A stretch of 33,174 bases of DNA, taken from positions 1 to 33,174 of IMG/VR virus record IMGVR_UViG_3300030397_001037; one strand, given 5' to 3'. The stretch comes from a virus. Numbering within the stretch: position 1 is the first letter of the stretch; each line of letters opens with the position of its first letter. The translations under genes and the position numbers were made by a program. Shown here in pieces: positions 30,519-33,174 of this stretch. The notes under the pieces were generated by a model that searched no databases, was not told the origin of the DNA, and worked only from the letters and a program-made list of their open reading frames with translations.

Positions 30519-33174
30519 ATGGCTTTTTCACAAATACAACCAACGCAGACAGAAGCTAAAGCGGTCATTGATGAACAATTAATGGACACTGGGCTTAGGC
30601 TCAATTTTGATGACCATGAGAGTAGATTATTAGCAGTTGAGGCAGCGGTTGGAACAGCAGGTGAAGTTAGTGTTGAAGATTTATTTGCTGACATCTTAAC
30701 GGATAAAAGGTTTTTCTCAAATGAAGGTATTCTTTTTAAAAGAAGATACCATGCATCCACAACAAAAAATGATGCAAGAATAAGCGCTAAGGCATTTGAT
30801 AAAGATAGTGGTGGAGATATTGAGGGGGATGATAAAGAAGTCAGAGTCATGTTTAAACATGAATATGATGACCTGATTCAAGGTGGAGTTGATTCAAACC
30901 TTCTTTATAAGGGTGCATCTGTTGTAATGATAGATGGTGCAGAGATATTATTTAAAGTTAAAAGAGGTGAGAACTTCTTTGGAATTGGAACTAGAGTAAA
31001 TCCTGGTCATTCAGACACAATTGAAATACTAATTGATGGTCAAACTCCTGTTTCATTAAGCCTTGTTGACCAAAATGGTAATGCGGCACCTAACAGTTTT
31101 TCAAATAACGGCTCAATAGATAGACCTGGGACTGTATTTTACTACTTTGATTTAGATGGTGAAGAGCACATTGTTAGTATTAAAAACAATGATTCATTAT
31201 CAAGACCAACTGAATTTGAATTTGTAGAGATAGGTTACCGTTCAAGAGACTACTCAATTACAAATGATTTACATATTAATAAATCAAAAGCACTTGTTAA
31301 AGGTGTTCAAGTTGATATTGCTGAGCAAGATGTATCATTTACTAAATCCACTGGATATGGTCACAGTGGGATGCTTGTTTCTAACACAAGTGGGGTTGTC
31401 AGAGTTGTAGATGGTCTTGAGGGTGCTATGACTCATGTAAAGTCAGATGAAACTATAGATTTTACATCTGCAGTGACAACAATACCTGTTAAAACAGCAT
31501 TTAATTTCCCTGACAAGGGTATATGCCTATTCCAACACCCTCTAGGTGGCACATTTCAATTTAGCTATGGATCAAAGACAACCACAACAGTTCAAACAAA
31601 CTCTTTAGATGATATTATATGGAAATTACAGCCCGTAAATAGCTTGGATATAGAAACAGGGTTTAATAATCAAGCTGCAACTGGTGATGCTAAAATAAAT
31701 GCAACAATAACATACTGGGCAGAGCCAACCATTGAAATTAATTCAGGCAATAATAAAATAGACTTTGAAATAACAATAACTGATTCAGCTGGAGTTGACC
31801 AAACAACATCTCACACAGCTACTATCCCATCAGGATGGTATGATGCTGAAATAATCAATATAGCAGATACAATTGTTCAACAAATGGAAGCTGTTAAACC
31901 ACTTGGAACTGATGGAAGGTATTATGCTGAATGGCAGTCAGGAATTAAAAAGTGGGTCATAGGAGCTAGTGGTAAAAACATAGTTAGCATTGCCTTTGAC
32001 TTTGCTACAGGTGCAAACTTTGCTTCATCAATACACCCAACTCTTGGTTATAACAATGCTGATATATCTGGAGACAACGCTTACTATGCAAATAATGAAA
32101 CAACTCATAGACCTGTAAGAGCGTATTATGGTGATAAGTTTACACGCTCACCTGATAGCCAGGATGTAAAATATACAACTTCAAATGTTTCAGCTACTCC
32201 TGAAAACCCTGATGTAGAGTCTAGACTTGGATTTGATAATGTAAGACCCATGAGTGATGGTAATGAAGTCAATATGCAGATACACACTGATGATGATTCA
32301 TGTGGAATTATAGCTTATTTTGTAACAAGAAATAATAATACAGGTGTCTCAATGTACTATCAAATTGATGATAGAGAGAGAACCTATATGTTTTATAACC
32401 AACAATACGGTTTTAATAATGTCTCAGATGGTATCTACGGAAGGGTTATACCTGTAATTCTGACTTACCCTAGAGGTTCAAAGAAAATATGCTTTGGAGA
32501 TACAAGGGTAAACATGTTCACCAACAGGAGTGGTGGAGTAAATACTATAAGTCAAATTCAATTTGCTGGGTATAAGCAGCTCTATTCAAGACCTAAAATA
32601 GAAGATGTCGCTTCAGATGAAAATATATTAAGAGTTTATGATATAGCTCCAAAGTCATTATATAGTACAACTTATGGCAATAATTCAGGTGTTCTTTATT
32701 CACCTGGCTCAAATGATTCTATAAATACTGTCACAGAAACAGGTTCATGGGCAGCAGCAGGACCATCAGATTTTTGGAATCAGTTTGGTAGAATAACTAC
32801 AAGCAGTGGTGACTTTGTTGAATATGATTTTACAATAAATGGTGATTGTGGAGGAATATGGTTAAGAGTAATCTGTACAACATCCACACCTGAGGGCGTA
32901 GAGTTCTATTTATCCACTTCAGCAATAAATGAATCAACTGATTTGATATCAACAACGTGTTTTTTATCTCAAACAGGTCCAATAAGTGATGGTGCTGATG
33001 GGATAGGAATGTACGGAATACCTCAAGGAACATACAAAGCTAGGTTTAAATTGTCAGCTACAACAAGTCCAAACTTTGTTGTACTAGGTGTTACTGTTGC
33101 AGATACAATTCCACCTGATGTAAATACATATGTAATTGCTGATACAACAAACAACGGTCAGACAGTTCCTAGAG
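30519..33174 (+). CDS. 5' part of the ~1209-aa tail fibre / host-specificity protein (runs off the window and continues at 1..1097)
   Basis: AGGAG (30508..30512) lies 6 nt before ATG 30519. I translated the frame codon by codon to 33174 and found no stop. It is not in the ORF track because no stop occurs inside the window. Confidence 0.8.
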   Translation, partial: MAFSQIQPTQTEAKAVIDEQLMDTGLRLNFDDHESRLLAVEAAVGTAGEVSVEDLFADILTDKRFFSNEGILFKRRYHASTTKNDARISAKAFDKDSGGDIEGDDKEVRVMFKHEYDDLIQGGVDSNLLYKGASVVMIDGAEILFKVKRGENFFGIGTRVNPGHSDTIEILIDGQTPVSLSLVDQNGNAAPNSFSNNGSIDRPGTVFYYFDLDGEEHIVSIKNNDSLSRPTEFEFVEIGYRSRDYSITNDLHINKSKALVKGVQVDIAEQDVSFTKSTGYGHSGMLVSNTSGVVRVVDGLEGAMTHVKSDETIDFTSAVTTIPVKTAFNFPDKGICLFQHPLGGTFQFSYGSKTTTTVQTNSLDDIIWKLQPVNSLDIETGFNNQAATGDAKINATITYWAEPTIEINSGNNKIDFEITITDSAGVDQTTSHTATIPSGWYDAEIINIADTIVQQMEAVKPLGTDGRYYAEWQSGIKKWVIGASGKNIVSIAFDFATGANFASSIHPTLGYNNADISGDNAYYANNETTHRPVRAYYGDKFTRSPDSQDVKYTTSNVSATPENPDVESRLGFDNVRPMSDGNEVNMQIHTDDDSCGIIAYFVTRNNNTGVSMYYQIDDRERTYMFYNQQYGFNNVSDGIYGRVIPVILTYPRGSKKICFGDTRVNMFTNRSGGVNTISQIQFAGYKQLYSRPKIEDVASDENILRVYDIAPKSLYSTTYGNNSGVLYSPGSNDSINTVTETGSWAAAGPSDFWNQFGRITTSSGDFVEYDFTINGDCGGIWLRVICTTSTPEGVEFYLSTSAINESTDLISTTCFLSQTGPISDGADGIGMYGIPQGTYKARFKLSATTSPNFVVLGVTVADTIPPDVNTYVIADTTNNGQTVPR
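33052..33174. repeat. Terminal direct repeat, copy 2 of 2 (identical to 1..123)
   Basis: See copy 1. It lies inside the fibre ORF. Confidence 0.95.

Noticed and set aside
28052-30850. Minus-strand ORFs in the tail genes (28052..28306, 29120..29311, 29423..29788, 29831..30160, 30506..30850)
   Set aside because: They are antisense shadows in a unidirectional operon, with no SD-ATG contexts.
1-33174. CRISPR arrays, tRNA/tmRNA genes, a reverse transcriptase or DGR template/variable repeat pairs, integrase, and stop-codon recoding
   Set aside because: I saw no spaced direct-repeat array and no cloverleaf-like GC-rich segment in the few non-coding gaps. I recognised no RT (YxDD) or recombinase motif in any listed translation. 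Standard-code ORFs already tile the genome densely, so no alternative code is needed.

Overview
The window is a complete tailed dsDNA phage genome, siphovirus-like in gene order. Positions 1..123 are base-for-base identical to 33052..33174, so the unit length is 33,051 bp. The contig closes into a circle or a circularly permuted map. A ~1209-aa tail-fibre ORF runs off the right end in frame and continues at the left end to 1097. It is absent from the ORF track for that reason.

Layout:
- A divergent promoter region at ~7133..7255 splits the map into two arms.
- The leftward early arm (7132 -> 4064, minus strand) carries a 56-aa acidic protein, a 78-aa XRE-type HTH protein and a 59-aa lipoprotein missing from the ORF track. 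After a hairpin and promoter it continues with a small Cys protein, an Erf annealing protein, two small ORFs and a DEDDh exonuclease fused to a PD-(D/E)xK-like domain.
- The rightward arm (7256 onward, plus strand) starts with a VRR-NUC nuclease and a HAD-like hydrolase. It continues with a chain of overlapping small accessory genes, several membrane and zinc-ribbon mini-proteins, and SSB.
- After a terminator/promoter boundary at ~13.7-13.9 kb comes a canonical late operon: TerS, TerL, portal, two Mu-G-like paralogs, scaffold, major capsid, a Gly/Asn/Ser-repeat fibre, neck proteins, major tail protein, a G/GT chaperone pair with an A_AAA_AAG -1 frameshift site, tape measure, three tail-tip/fibre proteins and a lysis cassette (M15-type endolysin, membrane protein, overlapping lipoprotein). 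It ends at a clean rho-independent terminator at 2964..2991.
- A metallophosphoesterase plus lipoprotein pair follows that terminator.

I recognised no integrase, replicative polymerase, helicase, primase, tRNA or CRISPR array. Three lipobox lipoproteins suggest a Gram-negative host, and frequent strong Shine-Dalgarno sites argue against Bacteroidota. The sequence looks AT-rich by eye (GC not computed). All functional calls rest on motif reading and synteny; no database search was possible.

The most unusual features:
- A conserved GAAAAATAC(GG) junction box shared by four unrelated, serially overlapping small genes.
- An acr/aca-like acidic-protein + HTH + lipoprotein cassette.
- The exonuclease-nuclease fusion next to Erf.
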